Positions 40,393 through 54,170 of a stretch of 64,000 nucleotides of DNA are shown here, piece after piece. The stretch comes from Camelus ferus (taxonomy: Eukaryota). Location of the stretch: NCBI RefSeq assembly GCF_009834535.1, contig NC_045697.1:72356001-72420000 (forward strand). Direction: 5' to 3'. The stretch's first letter is position 1, and the number at the start of each line of letters is the position of its first letter. The notes under the pieces were generated by a model. That model saw only the letters and a program-made list of their open reading frames with translations, ran no database searches and was not told the origin of the DNA. The position numbers and the translations under genes were made by a program.

Positions 40393-42428
40393 TAAAGACA
40401 GAGCCCTTCAAACTATACTGACTTAATGTCTGTGATGAATAATGGAAGCTTCAGTCACATGGAGAATTCACCTTTATGAAACATTTAATTCCTCAAAAAC
40501 ATCAATATTTTTGCTGCAGAATAAAGCTTACAACATCTGTTTTTCTTGCTGCTCAGTTTTTTCTTACTTCCAAGTTCCCTAAGGTTGAGAATGCCAGAGC
40601 CTAACTACTGGATAAGGGAGGATGCTAACACATTATTTCTGTGATCTCAAATTTTAAAATACATAAATTTTTTTTGGGGGGGGGAGTAGAGCTAGAAAGG
40701 ATGTTAAATACAGAAAGTCGTAGTGGGCAAAAAAATAAGAAAGGCAAACAGCTCTATATAACCAAGTTTCAATTCAGGTAGGAATAGGGGAAATTAGACT
40801 AAAATGAAAAGGAGTAAACAGTGATACAAGAGGAAGTCCAAATTCAGCAGAGATGCTGGATGTTATCTGGAATTTAAAGTTACAGACTTGGTAACACAGT
40901 ATAGCAGTCTAGAGACAATCACACTGCAGAGGACAGATTCTTAGTACAAAGGATGAAGTGACTGCTGTGGTTGAGGTCCATTACAGTTTATTTTTTAAAA
41001 GTACTAGGAGAAACTAAAGATTTCAAAAGGAACAGAAACCATCTTAAATTTCAGGATCTAAATGAAAGGCATATAAATTTAAAATATAAAAAACTAAACA
41101 TATGCATACGGCTTTCAATAAGACATTTTTTATGTCTCTCATAAAATTCAAATAGAGGAAATGTTTGCCTGGATTATAGTAAGGTCCTAGTAGGGACAAC
41201 TATTTAGAGTGATGCACATAAAGAATAACAGTTTGGTATTAAGTTGGAGGGACCAAATAATCCTTAAACCAGTCAATGCTCTATATAATCCCTTTACCAA
41301 TAAATGGGACAAAATAGGTAAAACTTTATCAACTTAATCAATAGGTACAAACTTTTTTAAGTTAAAAATGAGGAGGGAATACTAATTCCAAAGGAGATAA
41401 CTTCTTTCTAGGAACTTAAAATCTGATGAAGGAGACTGAATGAAATGATATCAGATGAAAAATACCTAATATATGAAACTATTAAATGTAATAGAGAACT
41501 ATCTGCTGAACATTTCTACAATTAACATTAAATAAATCACTATTTTTCTCCCTTTGTCCTAATTTCCAAAATTGGGCCCTCTTCTGACTGACCTATTTAG
41601 GTGAATATATTTTCTAGTCATCAAGATTCAATATTGGAGTAATTTTTTTTCTTTCACTCTTTTCTTATCAGTCTCTACTTTAGGCCTTCAAATGCACATT
41701 TAGACCTTCCATTTCATAATATACATTTAAAAATATGTCATCATTATATTTGTATGACCACTCTGTGAGTTAAGCAGGCGTTAACATTTCATCATTCTGC
41801 TGAAGGCCTACAAGGTGACTGGCATGTAAACAGGAAGCAGAGTAAGACAGGTTACATGACTTGCCCAGGGTGACAGGACGAGTCATTACAAGTCCTGTGA
41901 TTCGAATGTCAACATTCGTTTCATTACACTATGATGCCTCTCACCAACTCATATTTGGTCCATTACTGTATATCCTAGTGGGTTTCTGGGTCTTTACTCT
42001 TATGTCTGTCTTGCATATCACTATCAGGTTAAACATAGCTTTTATTAAAAGATATCTCAATAAAGAAGTTTTCCAGTGGTTTCCTATTATGTAGATAATA
42101 AAAACCAGAATTTTATCTCTGCTTTATATGTGAAATCTCTAATCATACCGGGCCCCTCATGTTCCTTTGAATATACTTTTAACTTCCTGAGACTGCCTTT
42201 GCCTCTAACAGTGTTTCCCTTCTTTGAGTTACAGATCCCTGAGTAACAGTAATTGCAGGGAACCTGGACATTACTATATATTATATAATACATAAATATA
42301 TTTATTATATTACTTACTTATGTATAGTATATAGACTCAACATATGTACAACTACTACGTTATGTGTTTTGATGGAGAGGGGACGGAGTATCCAGTAAAA
42401 TTTCTGACATTAAAAAGAGTCCCTGCAA

Positions 42429-42518
42429 CCTAAGTGTTCATCAACAGATGAATGGATTAAGATGTAGTGTGTGAATATACATATATGTGTGTGAATACTA
42501 CTTAGCCATAAAAAAGAA

Positions 42519-42555
<37 letters not shown>

Positions 42556-43012
42556 GTATGTGTATTCATATATATATATGAATACTACTAAGGAATGAAA
42601 TTTTTGCCATTTACAACAACATGGTTGGACTTGGTACTATGCTAAGTGAAATAAGTCAAACATAGAAAGACAAATATTGTATGATTTCACTCATATGTGG
42701 TATCTAAAAAAGAAAACAAACTAGTGAATATAACAAAAAAGAAACAGATTCACAGATACAGAGAACAAACTAGTGGTTACCAGTGGGGAGAAGGAAGAGG
42801 AGAGGGGTAAGATAAGGAAAAAGGATTAAGAGGTACAAACTACTATGTATAAAATAAATAAGCTAAAAGGATATATTGTATAGCACAGAGAATGTAGCCA
42901 ATATTTTATAATAACTATAAATGGAATATAATACTTAAAAATTGAATCACTATGTTGTAAACCTGAAACTGATAAAATATTGAACATCAGCTATACCTCA
43001 ATGGGAAAAAAA
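42429..43012 (+). mobile_element. 5'-truncated L1 3' end with internal (TG)n(TA)n
   Basis: L1 motifs; A tail; imperfect target-site duplication aaaaagagtc..ctgcaa at 42412-42428 and 43013-43030. Confidence 0.88.
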
Positions 43013-43029
43013 AAAAAGAGTCTTCTGCA

Positions 43030-45198
43030 ATTCCACTGCAGGTAATGAAGAATTAGGTGGTTTTGATTATGTTTCTGCTGAGAACAACTAGAAAAGCTGA
43101 GCTAAAACAAAAATACACATGTTTAAAGGCATTGGAAAGTTGCCAAAACAGTGAGGATTGCAGGGCCAAGATCTAGTAGAGGAGGTGGGCTGGAGAGGTG
43201 CTTGCAGCATGTCTGTTGGAGGAATCTGTCTCTTAAAAAAGCAACAAAGAAGGTGAATGGCGCTTTTTGCAAGCTCACAAGCCTAAGTGGCGATGGAAAG
43301 GGAGAAAAACTGGAACTGGTCTCACTAAGAAAGAGATAAACACCTCAGTCTTTCAGTTGAGGTCCTAATGCACTGTACCGTAGGAGTCAGAGTGAACTGA
43401 AGATAGCTTGGAACTGGCAGGGACTGAATCATCTCAGGCCCTAACTGGACTGTAGTGAGCTAAGTCTGCTAATGGCCCTAGTCTAGCTGCCTAATAGAAG
43501 TAAAAGAAATCCTCTCAAAAAGAAAATAATGGTATCCAGAGCCTCAAAATGCCTCTACAATATTTTATATACAATATCCAGCATATATAAAACAATAGTT
43601 GGGTGTGTGAGATGATATGATAAGACAGAGAAGAAACCACAGAAACAGGACCCACAGGGATTATGAAATGATGACTTTAAAATACAATGATTAATATTTT
43701 CAGGAACTTAAAATAGAAGAGTAAGAAGTCTGTAGAGAATAGAAACACAACTGAATGGAATTCTATAATTGAAACATATAACAAATTAAAAACCAAGTGG
43801 TTGGATACAGCAGCCAACTATACAGAGCAGAAGACAAAATTAGGGAACTGGAAGAAAATTCAAAAGAAAATATGGTAGAAGGGGAGGGTATAGCTCAAGT
43901 GGTAGAGCACATGCCTGGCGTGCACAAGGTCCTGGGTTCAGTCCCCAGCACTTCCTCTAAAAATAAATAAATAAACCTAATTACTTCCCTCCCCCCCTAA
44001 AAAAATAAAATAATAAATTAATAAAATATTTTTAAAAAGAAGAAAATACACAGATTAACAAGGAGACAAAAGGATGAAAAATGGAAAAAAAATTTTAAAG
44101 TGGAAAAGATACTTAATATAGAGTTTTTTAAAAAGGTCTAATATAGGTATAATTAAGACCAAGAAGGAGAAGAGTGAGAGGTTCTAACAAAGTGACACTG
44201 GAAGAGATGTCTCAAATAAAAAGCATCATGCCTCAGATTCAAGAAGCACTAAAAACCTTAAGAAAAAGGCAAAGAAAATCACACCTAGGCACATCATATT
44301 AAAGCTGCTGAAAACCGAAAAAGAGGAAAATGTTAAGCATCCATAGATAAAAAAGATCACTCTATCGAATGATGATAAGACAACTGTTTCGCAACAGAAT
44401 CTATCTTCAGAGTACTAAAAGAAAATACCGCCAACTTACAGTTCATATTCAAATAATAGAACTTTCAGAAATTAAGGTAGTATAAAGATATTTTCAAACA
44501 AACAAACTGAGAATCTATCACCAGCATCTCTGCCTTAGAGCAGATGATCTCAGATAGAAGCTGTCAGATTCTGGAAGGGATGGAGAACAATGAAAAGGAA
44601 AACTATATGGGTAAATATCAATGAATATAAACTTTACAAAGCAATGCTGATATATCATGGTGTTACACAGATTTAAAACAACACATGAATTGAGAGGCAA
44701 GGATAAATGAAGTAGTCTAAGGTGTTCACATTGTCCAAGAAGTGGATACAGTGCTAATGTACACTGGACTTTTAGATGTGAAGGATGCACATTCTAATTT
44801 CTAGAGTAATTAATTAAAGAATAGTAAAAGAATATGTAACTAAAAAGCCAATCAAAAGTAAAATATGGAATAAAAAAGCCTGATTTATCCCAAAGAAACT
44901 AGAGGAAAAAGAGTGAAGAACATGTGAGACAAACAGTAGGATGGCAGCTTTCGAGCCCTATATATTAGTAATTACCTTAAATATGAACTGATTATCCCAA
45001 CTGAAAGACAGAGACAAATCACCTTGGATTTATAAAGATACACCTTTAACCTGTTTTCAAGAGACAAATCTTAAATATTAAAATGCAGAAAAGTTTAAAG
45101 TGAAAAGATACACAAAAACTAACAGAAAAAGACTGTGGCTATGCTAATATACAAGTAGATTTTAGGCAGGAATTAATACAAGAGATAAAAAGGTCATG
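43030..45198 (+). mobile_element. Ancient L1 5' UTR/ORF1/start of ORF2, degraded
   Basis: acacctaggcacatcatattaaagctgctgaaaacc encodes TPRHIILKLLKT (ORF1); endonuclease-like sequence near 45130. Confidence 0.75.
43881..44040 (+). mobile_element. tRNA-derived SINE (Vic-1-like)
   Basis: GGGGAGGGTATAGCTCAAGTGGTAGAGC...GGTTCAGTCCCCAG; A-rich tail; aagaaaata flanking repeats. Confidence 0.9.
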
Positions 45199-45545
45199 TG
45201 TCAGGAGTCCTAACAGGAAACAAAGAACAAACAGGATCATTTAAGGAAGGTTTACTTACAGAGGGACTAATTACTAATGTGTGTAACTATCCTTGTATCC
45301 TTGTAACCCAGGGCTAACTGCAGGGGAACTGTACCTCTCTTAAGCCCCAAGAGGAAGAAGAAGAAGAGGAAGCAGTTAACCAAAATCTGGAAGGAAAAGA
45401 ATTGTGAAGAGTTCACATGAGAGAGGCAATGACCTTTGGTCAAGGGACACATCCAGTTCAAGGCAACCTCTACAGTAGGGAGCCAGGGGGAATATATATG
45501 CTCACCTCACTCTTTTCCACCATACAGTCTCCTCCCATCAGCTAC
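45199..45545 (-). mobile_element. ERV-L-type LTR (probable 3' LTR of the adjacent provirus)
   Basis: Begins TG..., resembles recalled LTR40/41-type sequence, and abuts internal ERV-L sequence. Confidence 0.55.
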
Positions 45546-45976
45546 GAAGTCATCATGGGGTGGTGTCAATTCAGTTATACTCTCATCTGAAACCAAAAAC
45601 AGATACATACCCCAGAATTCTTCATATATGGTAGAGGAGAAAAGAAACAAGTAACAAAACATAATCATAGTTTCATAAGACCTGTTTTAGCTGGTCATGA
45701 GGACAAAGTTCATAAGCATAAGCTTTCTTTCATCACCTATTCTAGGTTTTTCTCTCACTCCGCCTGCACCTAAGCAAAAATCGAATTCTTTACCAGATGG
45801 GGTGACCAAAATATTCATTCTTATAAGATGAATCCTACTGGAAGTCCTTTCTGAGTTATCCTATTTTTTTTTTTTTTTACTGGCCAAGAGAATACTAATA
45901 AGCATCTTGGTAAATACCATACATTCCATATATAGTCCTATTTACTTCACTGTGTAGCAGCAATCCAATTTCCCCA

Positions 45977-46076
45977 TTTATTTTATTTTATTATTTTTTA
46001 ATGGAGGTTTTGGGGATTGAACCCAAGACCTCATGTATACTAAGTACTGCACTCTACCACTGGGCTGTACCTACCC
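45977..46076 (-). mobile_element. tRNA-derived SINE (Vic-1-like) nested in the ERV-L
   Basis: A and B boxes on the minus strand; ccaatttc(c/t)cc flanking repeats. Confidence 0.85.
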
Positions 46077-46170
46077 AACCCCCAATTTCTCCCTGTCTAA
46101 AAGGATCTTTCACCCCTGCCAGTAGTGATCCCCTTCTCTTTCTGTTGGTTATTGATAGAAAAAGCCCAAA

Positions 46171-46415
46171 TTTAGTTCAAAATTGGTAGATACTGACAGG
46201 TATATATAGAATAGATAAACAAGTTTATACTGTATAGCACAGGGAAATGTATACAAGATCTTATGGTAGCTCACAGTGAAAAGGAATATGAAAATGAATA
46301 TATGTATATTCATGTATGACTGAAAAATTGTGCTCTACACCGGAAATACACACAACATTGTAAACTGACTATAACTCAATAAAATTTAAAAAAAGAAAAA
46401 AAAAAAAAAAGAAAA
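46171..46415 (+). mobile_element. Young L1 3' end nested in the ERV-L
   Basis: Highly similar to 4490-4719; long A tail; exact target-site duplication AGAAAAAGCCCAAA at 46157-46170 and 46416-46429. Confidence 0.92.
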
Positions 46416-46589
46416 AGAAAAAGCCCAAACTTGCCAGCAAGCAGTATCTACTTCTAATTCACTGAAACCATGTTTCCTAGGAAGCATTCCTCCCTTGATT
46501 ACTAAAACCTCCAAAACCACTAAGTCCAAAGTTTCAGGGACCAAAAAATTCTTCAAGTGGGTTATTAAGCATAATAAGATAACCCAACA

Positions 46590-47070
46590 CAAGTGCATAC
46601 ATACGTACACCAAAAGACATACACAAAAATGTTCATTGCAGCTCTCCTCAAAATAGCCAAAAAAAGGGGAAACATCTCCAATATCTATCAGCAGTAGAAT
46701 GGATAAATAAATATGGCATATTCACAAAGTAGAATACTATACAGCAATGTAAATGAATGAACAACTGCTCCAGGTAACAACATGGATGGATCTCACAAAC
46801 AATGATAAAGGAAGCCAGACACCAGAAGAATACATTATACATTCAATTCATATACATGTTAACCATTGTCAAATCTAATCTTTGGTGTTAGAATTCAGGA
46901 TAGTGATTACCTTTAGGAAAGAAGAAGAGTAATGACTAAGCAGGGGCAAAGTTACTGATGTGGGTGGTGATTACACAGTTATCTTCACTTTGTGGCAAGT
47001 TGTGCTGAACAATTATATTTGTGCATTTTTCTATATGTCTATTGTGTTTCCATTTAAAAGCTTATTTAAA
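46590..47070 (+). mobile_element. Old L1 3' end nested in the ERV-L
   Basis: caccaaaagacatacacaaaaatgttcattgcagc...aaaggaagccagacac. Confidence 0.8.
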
Positions 47071-49314
47071 AAAATTAATATAATTGCCCTCCTGTGTATA
47101 ATGTATAATTTCTCTGCTTTTAAGTTGTTTTTCTTAGTTTTATCAGTTTGACTATAACATACATAGGTGTAACTTTCATTATAATTTTCCTGCTTGTGAT
47201 TTACTCAGCTTTGTGGATTTGTTAACTTTATGCTTTTCACCAAGTTTGGAAAACATGCCATCGGTATTTTTTTTTTTTTTTTACAAAATCAGTCATACTG
47301 ACAATAGAGGGACTACTCTCATCTCCACTTTGCATACCTTTTGGGGAAGGTGGTAGTATATATTGATTACTGATTTTAGGCATATACTTCATTCTTTAGG
47401 TCACTACCCCAATTTATAGGTTGTTGTATCCCCGCTGGCCTCATAAATGGAACCAGTTTTCCAATTTGTTCTCCCCAAGTTCCTGTCTAGCCTGTCAACT
47501 CATAAGGCACTGACAGTGAACCAGTGTATACCCTTACCTCAGGCTGCGTCTCCTAAACTTCTTCCCCATGGAAGGATTTCCCTTTACTATTACATGTCAG
47601 GGCCACTAAAGAGTGGTGGGGTGTGTCATGACCACTCACATCCAGCTATTGCCTGCCCACTGCACATCCTTTCGTGAATGAACAGGACTCACACTTCTTT
47701 CTCTGCCGTTAACTGGTCAGAGGGAACTCCTTATGAAGCCAACGTATGTGGGCTGGGGGAGAAGTGCTGAAGGACTTCAGGGGCAGGGGCTATAGGAGTC
47801 TGAGTCACCTGCATCTGGTTGACTTGTGGCCGTGTCCCCAGTCTCACAGGGATGGGCTGCTGCTGTGCTCGTCCAGCTGTATGATTTGGCGAACCGGATA
47901 ACACCAGTTCACGATGGGCGGTTTTATTATTCACATGGTCATTTGATGTCCTATGGTTAGGTGTTCCATCTCTACCAGGTAGCAGGAGCTGCTTTTCAAA
48001 TAAACAAGACAAAATGGTTTTTTTTTTTTTTTTGAAAACAAAATGTTCAAAGAAACAAAATTAAATGCTGTTTGCTGAGGAAGACACATCCTTATTCCAA
48101 AACCAAAGGGTCTATGTTGTAATTGTCCTACTGGAGCATATCCAAGGTTTCATGTAACATCTCTACCACATGAACTTCCAATACCACTGGATCTGCCCAA
48201 TCATGAGGCCCAACTGGCAAGACAGTTTGCTCTGGGCCCCACTCAAAACTAGTAGTCTTATAGTTACCCAGGAAACAGCAGGGTGCAGGGTGACCTGCTC
48301 TAACCTATATTTTGTTGCCTCCAGAACCCAGAAAGGCCTGTTACACATTTTCTCCTTTTCCTTTGTGGTAGTGGTAGAAAACACAACGACCCATCACTTA
48401 CCTGAAAGGATATCCTAATGTGTCTTAGGCCACTGCAGCTCTCGAAACTTACAGCAGGTCCTGGAAGTTTTGCAGGGTTTATCTTGCATCTTCTGGCATG
48501 CATATGTCTTACCAAAATATGCAGAATGCTTGCTACTCCTTGTACACTAGGTTCATTTAATATAATTTCTTTGCTATAATAGACCAGTGTGACACCCTAT
48601 GGCACAGTGAGCTAATCAAGGTCCCTTCATATAAGAGACAACAGTAAAGTTGACATAGCTTTGAGACAAGACAGTTAGGATTTACTGTTGTCCCTTCCGT
48701 TTAAATGCAATCTGCTTCTGATTTTCTTTATTGATTGGAATGGGGTAGGGGTGGGGGCGAGGCACATTTCCAGATCAATACCTGTATATCATGTCAAAGT
48801 CCATATTAATTTCTTCCAATGAAGATACCACACTTGGATACCACAACTACAACTGGCATCCCCCCGCACCTGATTAAGCTTTGCAATAATCCACTGTCAT
48901 TCTTCACTATCCATCTGTTTTTTACACTACCATCTCTATGACCCATCTGGTGACCACATAGGGAATTAAAATGGGAATAGGATATGAATCATCATGCCAG
49001 CATGGTGGTGCTAATTTCTTTCACTGTCTTGGGAGGGAGTGGTAGACAAGCAGTTCTGAACTTCCAAGTAGTCCTTCCTACCGTAACACTCACTCCATTC
49101 ATTGGTCAGGAAACCAAAATGAAGGTTGCTTCAGCTATTAAAATATATTTATTCTTACTATACATCTGGGACTGGAGAACTAACCTCAGTATGGGTCTCT
49201 CTGGGCTCAGTGTTAGCCAGACTCAGCCCAAGACTCCATCTGTCATTTGACTTTCTTAGGCCCCCTATTCTAACCAATAAATGGCCACTGGAGAAGAATT
49301 AAGGCACTGATTCC

Positions 49315-49455
49315 CTAATTTGCTCACTGGAGTTACCTGGGGAGTAAAAAATACAAATGCCTAGGTATCGTCCCAGAAGTTGAGTTAATTGGCTTGGGGT
49401 GGGCATTAGAATTCTAAGGTGTTCTTATGTGCAGACAAGGTTGGGAACCACTGGA
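49315..49455. mobile_element. MER5A-like element nested in the ERV-L
   Basis: ttaattggcttggggtggg...aaggttgggaaccactgg. Confidence 0.65.
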
Positions 49456-49814
49456 TTAGGACTCATTCATGGTTGTACTGCTGTGGCTGCATTGCAGGGT
49501 TCTTCCTCAAAGGGATCAAATCTCTCCCCATCATCAAGAAGTACCAAGTCTGTGAACTGGATGGGATGCTTCAAATTCAACACAAGTTGGTTTACATTAC
49601 AGAATTCTTCCACCTATATAGATGTCAAACAGCACCTTAATAGGTTAATCTCTTTCATTTCTAGGGACCTCATGATCATTTAGCCATCCATTATCACTTC
49701 TCCCTGTGGGTCAAAACACTCTGGTTAACACTGTCTTCTTTGGTTTACTATGGTAATTGTGCCTACCTTGTCTCTGATGGTTATATACCATCATGCGGTC
49801 TCCACCACTGTGGG

Positions 49815-50620
49815 GTATATTTGACCAAGAACTCGTATCCAGAATGTATTAAGAAGTCCTAAAATTTAATAAGAAAAAGATTGACAACTCAACAGAAATA
49901 TGGGTTAGTGACTTGAACAAGCACTTCAAAAAAGAGGCTCTCCAAGTGGCAAATAACATAAAATGATGCTCAACCTCAATAGTCATTGGGAAAATGCAAA
50001 TTAATGCCAAATGAGATACTACTATACACCCATCAGAATGGCTAAACTAAACAGACTGACAATACCAACTGCTGCCCAGGGTGTGGAGAACGTGAAACTT
50101 TTACTGCTGGTGAGGATATAAATAACTTTGGAAAACTGCCATTCTTTACAAAATTTAATCCTACCTCTCAATAGAAATGTCTGCCCATGTACAGCAAAAG
50201 ACATATAAAAGAATGCTTGTGGCCCCATTATTGGTTAATAGCCCCAAAGTAGAAATAACCCAAATATCCACAATAGAATGGATAAATATGTAGTTTATCC
50301 TTATAATGGAATATAGCAATGGATATGAACAAACTACTTTACAAACAACACAGATGACTCTCACAAATATAATGGTGAAATATACATTTAATCTCATTCA
50401 TGTAAGATTCAAAATCAGCCAAAACTAATCTATGGTGGAAGTTAGTAAGAGTGGTTCACTTAGAGAGGAGGGGCAGGGCAGTTACTGAGAGGTCACATCA
50501 GAGGATTTCCATGTAACAGGTGATATTCTATTTCCTGGGTGGTAGATACAGGGGAACTTTTACTTTATGATAAATAACTTCACTTATTTCTGCAGTATGC
50601 TGTATTTTTTTAAAGGGTGG
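49815..50620 (+). mobile_element. Ancient L1 ORF2-end/3' UTR
   Basis: ggaaaatgcaaattaa...tacacccatcagaatggctaaa. Confidence 0.8.
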
Positions 50621-50994
50621 TCCTAGTAAGTTTGGGAACTACTGGCTTATGCCTCCTTGCCCCTTCCATCAATTCAAGTACTTTTTCCTTCCAGGCCTAG
50701 TTCAGATTCCACAACTTGTGTGAAGCCCAACTACTTCAGCTAGAAATGATTTATCTTCCTGCCTGATTTTTATTATATATCTTGGGAGATAATGTAATAT
50801 AGTAGAAATAGTATGGGCTAAAGGACATGGGTTTTATTCTGTAAGGCAATAATAAGGAAGAGAGTGACATGGTCATATTTGTATCTGCTCACCATGAACT
50901 TGTTTAATTATTTTTACTTATATTTCTTTGAATGTATGGACAAATATAAAAATTGACATACATATTACATGTAAGTGTAAATATTACACGTTAG

Positions 50995-51930
50995 ATTGCT
51001 GTAATATTTGATCCCAATGAATCATGCCTCCTTTCTTTATGCCTCTTTGCAATGTGCCTTTGCCAGTTTATCAAAAGATAGTTTATTTCCCCACATCTTA
51101 AATCTAGGCTAGCCTTGCAACTTATCCGGCCACAGAATGCAGTAGAAGTGACTTTGGGCAACTTCTCTGGAAGAGATTTAGAGAGGCTTTGCAGCTTCTT
51201 TTTTCCCCTTTTGGGACACTGGGCCACTATGCTGCGTAAGACTGGGATGAAAGACCATGTGAAGGGGGCTATGTGAATGAATCCAGAGAAAAACAGCAGA
51301 AAACGTTCTAGCCAAAACAGCATGGTGAGAAATAATAAATCATTATTGTTGTAAGCCATTAAATGTTGTGGTGGATTTGTAATGCAGGAACAGATAACTG
51401 TGGGGGGAAGATGCCCCCTTTCCTTCGTTACCTAGCTCACCTGTTAATCTAGTCTGCTGTGCCAGAGGCTGCTATTGTTGCTATTGCTCCTTTCTCTATT
51501 CTTCCTTTATTACCAGAACTCCCAAGTTTTTAGCTTGGTACAGTGTTACACAGGCAAGGACTATACTTCCGAGCCACCACTGGAGCTGCAGCGACGTGAC
51601 TACATTTTGGTCCATGGACTGTAAGTGGAAATGATGGCTAAAACTTCTGTGACATGCCCTTAAAAAGAAGAGGTATGCTGCTTTTCCATTTCCCATTCCC
51701 AGATGTATCAGGAGCTGGAACAGCCATCTTGGGCCATGAAACAGAAGCCACATATTGAGTGCAGCAGATTAACCAGCCAGAAGGAGCCTGGGCCCCGAAC
51801 ACCTGAGGCTGCGCTGTCAGTCTTGAACTGATTATTCCTGGACTGTTTCAGAAGAGAAAAAAATAAACTTCCATTTTGTTTAAGTCATTATTATTTTGCC
51901 CTTAAAGCAACCAAACCTATATCCCAAGTA
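50995..51930. mobile_element. Two adjacent solo LTRs (MLT1-like, then an ERVL/MaLR-like LTR)
   Basis: gagaaataataaatcattattgttgtaagcc...gataact and aataaacttccattttgtttaagtca LTR-end motifs. Confidence 0.7.
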
Positions 51931-53685
51931 ATATTTATTTTCCATTATTTCCTCCATATAATTATATACAAATACACATGTGTTTATATATTTACAAATA
52001 AAAATATTTTCAGTGTAAACATGCACACACAAATATGCAAACATTTATGTGTGTTGATGATGATGTTTTATAGACTGGGATCATATTATACACACTTTTC
52101 TTTATCTTGTTTTTTCTCATTAGCATAGTATCTAGTGGAAATCACAATTCAACTCATATTGTTTTATTTTATTCCTTTTGATAGGATGCATAAACTGTAA
52201 TCCACTCAGCCATTTTCCTATTAATGAGCTTATACTTTGTTACTTGTTTTTTGCTACTATGGATGATGCTGCAATGAATACTCTTATAGATAGATCCTTA
52301 TGTATTTTATTTCTGTAAGACAGATTCCCAAGAATGATACAGCTAAGACAAATCATATCTGTAGTTTAAAAAATTTTAACACAGGTTGCCAGACTGTTTT
52401 GCAAATAGGTTGAAAAAGTTCACATTTAAACCAGCAATGTTTAATACCCTTTTACTTGGATCCCTACCAGCAGTAGGTGTTATTGGTTATTTAACATTTT
52501 GCCCAATCTGAAAAGATGTTTCACTTCACTTAGAATAGGAGAAATGCACAATAAAACTATACTAAGATTAAAAATTTTCACTTAGTCCCAAATCCAAAAG
52601 TTTTGATAACGTACTCTAATGACATGTTGTGGGGGGCACTCTTACTTGTTTATATAACACTTACAGAGGCAAATTTGGCATTATCTGTCCAAATCACACA
52701 TCACACATCCCTCTTGACCTAGCAATCTTCTTTCTGAGAAATCTTGTAAGTGTGAGACAAAATTATACACAGTATTATTCATTACCACATTGTTTTTAAA
52801 AGCAAAAGACTGAAAACAATGCAAATGTCCATCATAAGAGCTCGTAAAATAATTTCTGGCATTTTTGTAGTGGAATACTATGAAGCTGTTGAAGGATAAG
52901 GACTCTCATTACAGAGCTACTTACAGAACTCTAAGTTGAGTTGTGGAACATAGTGCATATTATGATAACCTTTGCTTTAAAAAAAGGAGAATGAAATAAA
53001 CTTGTGTTTATATAGAAAAGCTCTGGGAAGATACATGAGAAACTAATAAGAATAGTTGTGAGATGGGTGGCATTGGCATGGGAAGTGGGTGGAAGGGAGA
53101 TATGTGGGGGACACTAACTCAAAACATAAATACCTATCTATCTATCTAGATGCACACCCACACATACCATCTGAATGAATGACTCCTCAAAAAGGGAAGA
53201 AAATGAAAAACAGTTCCAGTGGAGTGAATTCCCCAGTTTCCTTTATGTGACTTTTGACAAGTCAGTTTACTTATTTGATCCTTTCTTCAATTGTAAAACC
53301 GGGATAAGATCTGCTTCACAATGCTCTGGTGAGTACTAAATTAGATGTGTGCTCAGCTCAGTGTCTGTCACACAATAGGCGCTTAAACATGAGTTGAATA
53401 AAAAAAATGGTGTGCCAATCTGTTAGGTAGGCCTAATTGGCAGTTCATTATTTTAATTTGCATTTGCCTGATTTCTTCTGATTTTGAGCATCTTTTCACA
53501 TTTGGATTTACACTTTGCTGAATTCATATTCCCAGCCCACCCACTTTTCTGTTGAATTGCTTGTTCCCTTGACATGAATTTCTAAGAGCTCTTTTAATAT
53601 TGTAGATGTTAAACCTCATTGTAAATATTTTAAAAAATTTATTGTATATCTATTAACTTTACGTTAAAGTTTTTGCATACAAGTT

Positions 53686-54170
53686 TTATTTCTTATACTG
53701 ACAAATGCCTACCTTTTTTGAGCAGAATGTGTATTCTGCTGTTCTTGGGTGAAGTATTCTGTAAATGTCAATTAGATCCAGTTGATTGACGGTACTACAG
53801 AATTTAACTATATCCTCACTGATTTTCTGTCTGCTAGATCTATCAATTACTGAAAGAGGGCTGATTAAGCCTCCAGCTAAAATAGTGGATTTGCCTGTTT
53901 CTCCTTGCAGTTCTATCCATTTTTGTCTTTGCTGCCTTAATGGTCTGTTGTTAGACCTACACACATTAAAGGTTGTTACATCTTTTCGGCAAATTGACCT
54001 CTTTGTCGTTATGTAATGCCCCTTTCTATCCCTGATAATTTTCCTTGTTCTGAAGTCTGTTTTGCCTGAATATAGCAACTGTAGTTTTCTTTTGATTAGT
54101 ATTAGCATAATAAAATCTCTGTCCATTCTTTTACTTTTAACCTATCTGTGTTTTTACAGTGGTTTTCTTA
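53686..54170 (-). mobile_element. L1 ORF2 endonuclease-domain fragment
   Basis: ORF 53686-54126: IIRDRKGHYI...PLSVIDRSSRQKIS...NQLDLIDIYRILHPRTAEYTF. Confidence 0.93.

Larger units (their letters stand above)
45546..49810 (-). mobile_element. Decayed class III (ERV-L) internal region: gag/protease, RT, RNase H, dUTPase remnants
   Basis: Minus-strand remnants with stops and frameshifts: RMTVDY (~48890), PIPINKENQKQIAF..GQQ..LTVLSQSYVN (~48650-48745), RNase H-like (~47450-47700), LEVLVIKGGMLP dUTPase-like (~46470-46520). Confidence 0.85.

Noticed and set aside
43881..43955. Functional tRNA genes (also at 57533 and 63186)
   Set aside because: A-rich tails, flanking repeats and divergence among copies indicate SINEs
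53686..54126. 146-aa ORF as a host endonuclease gene
   Set aside because: An isolated L1 ORF2 fragment without the rest of the domain or an exon context
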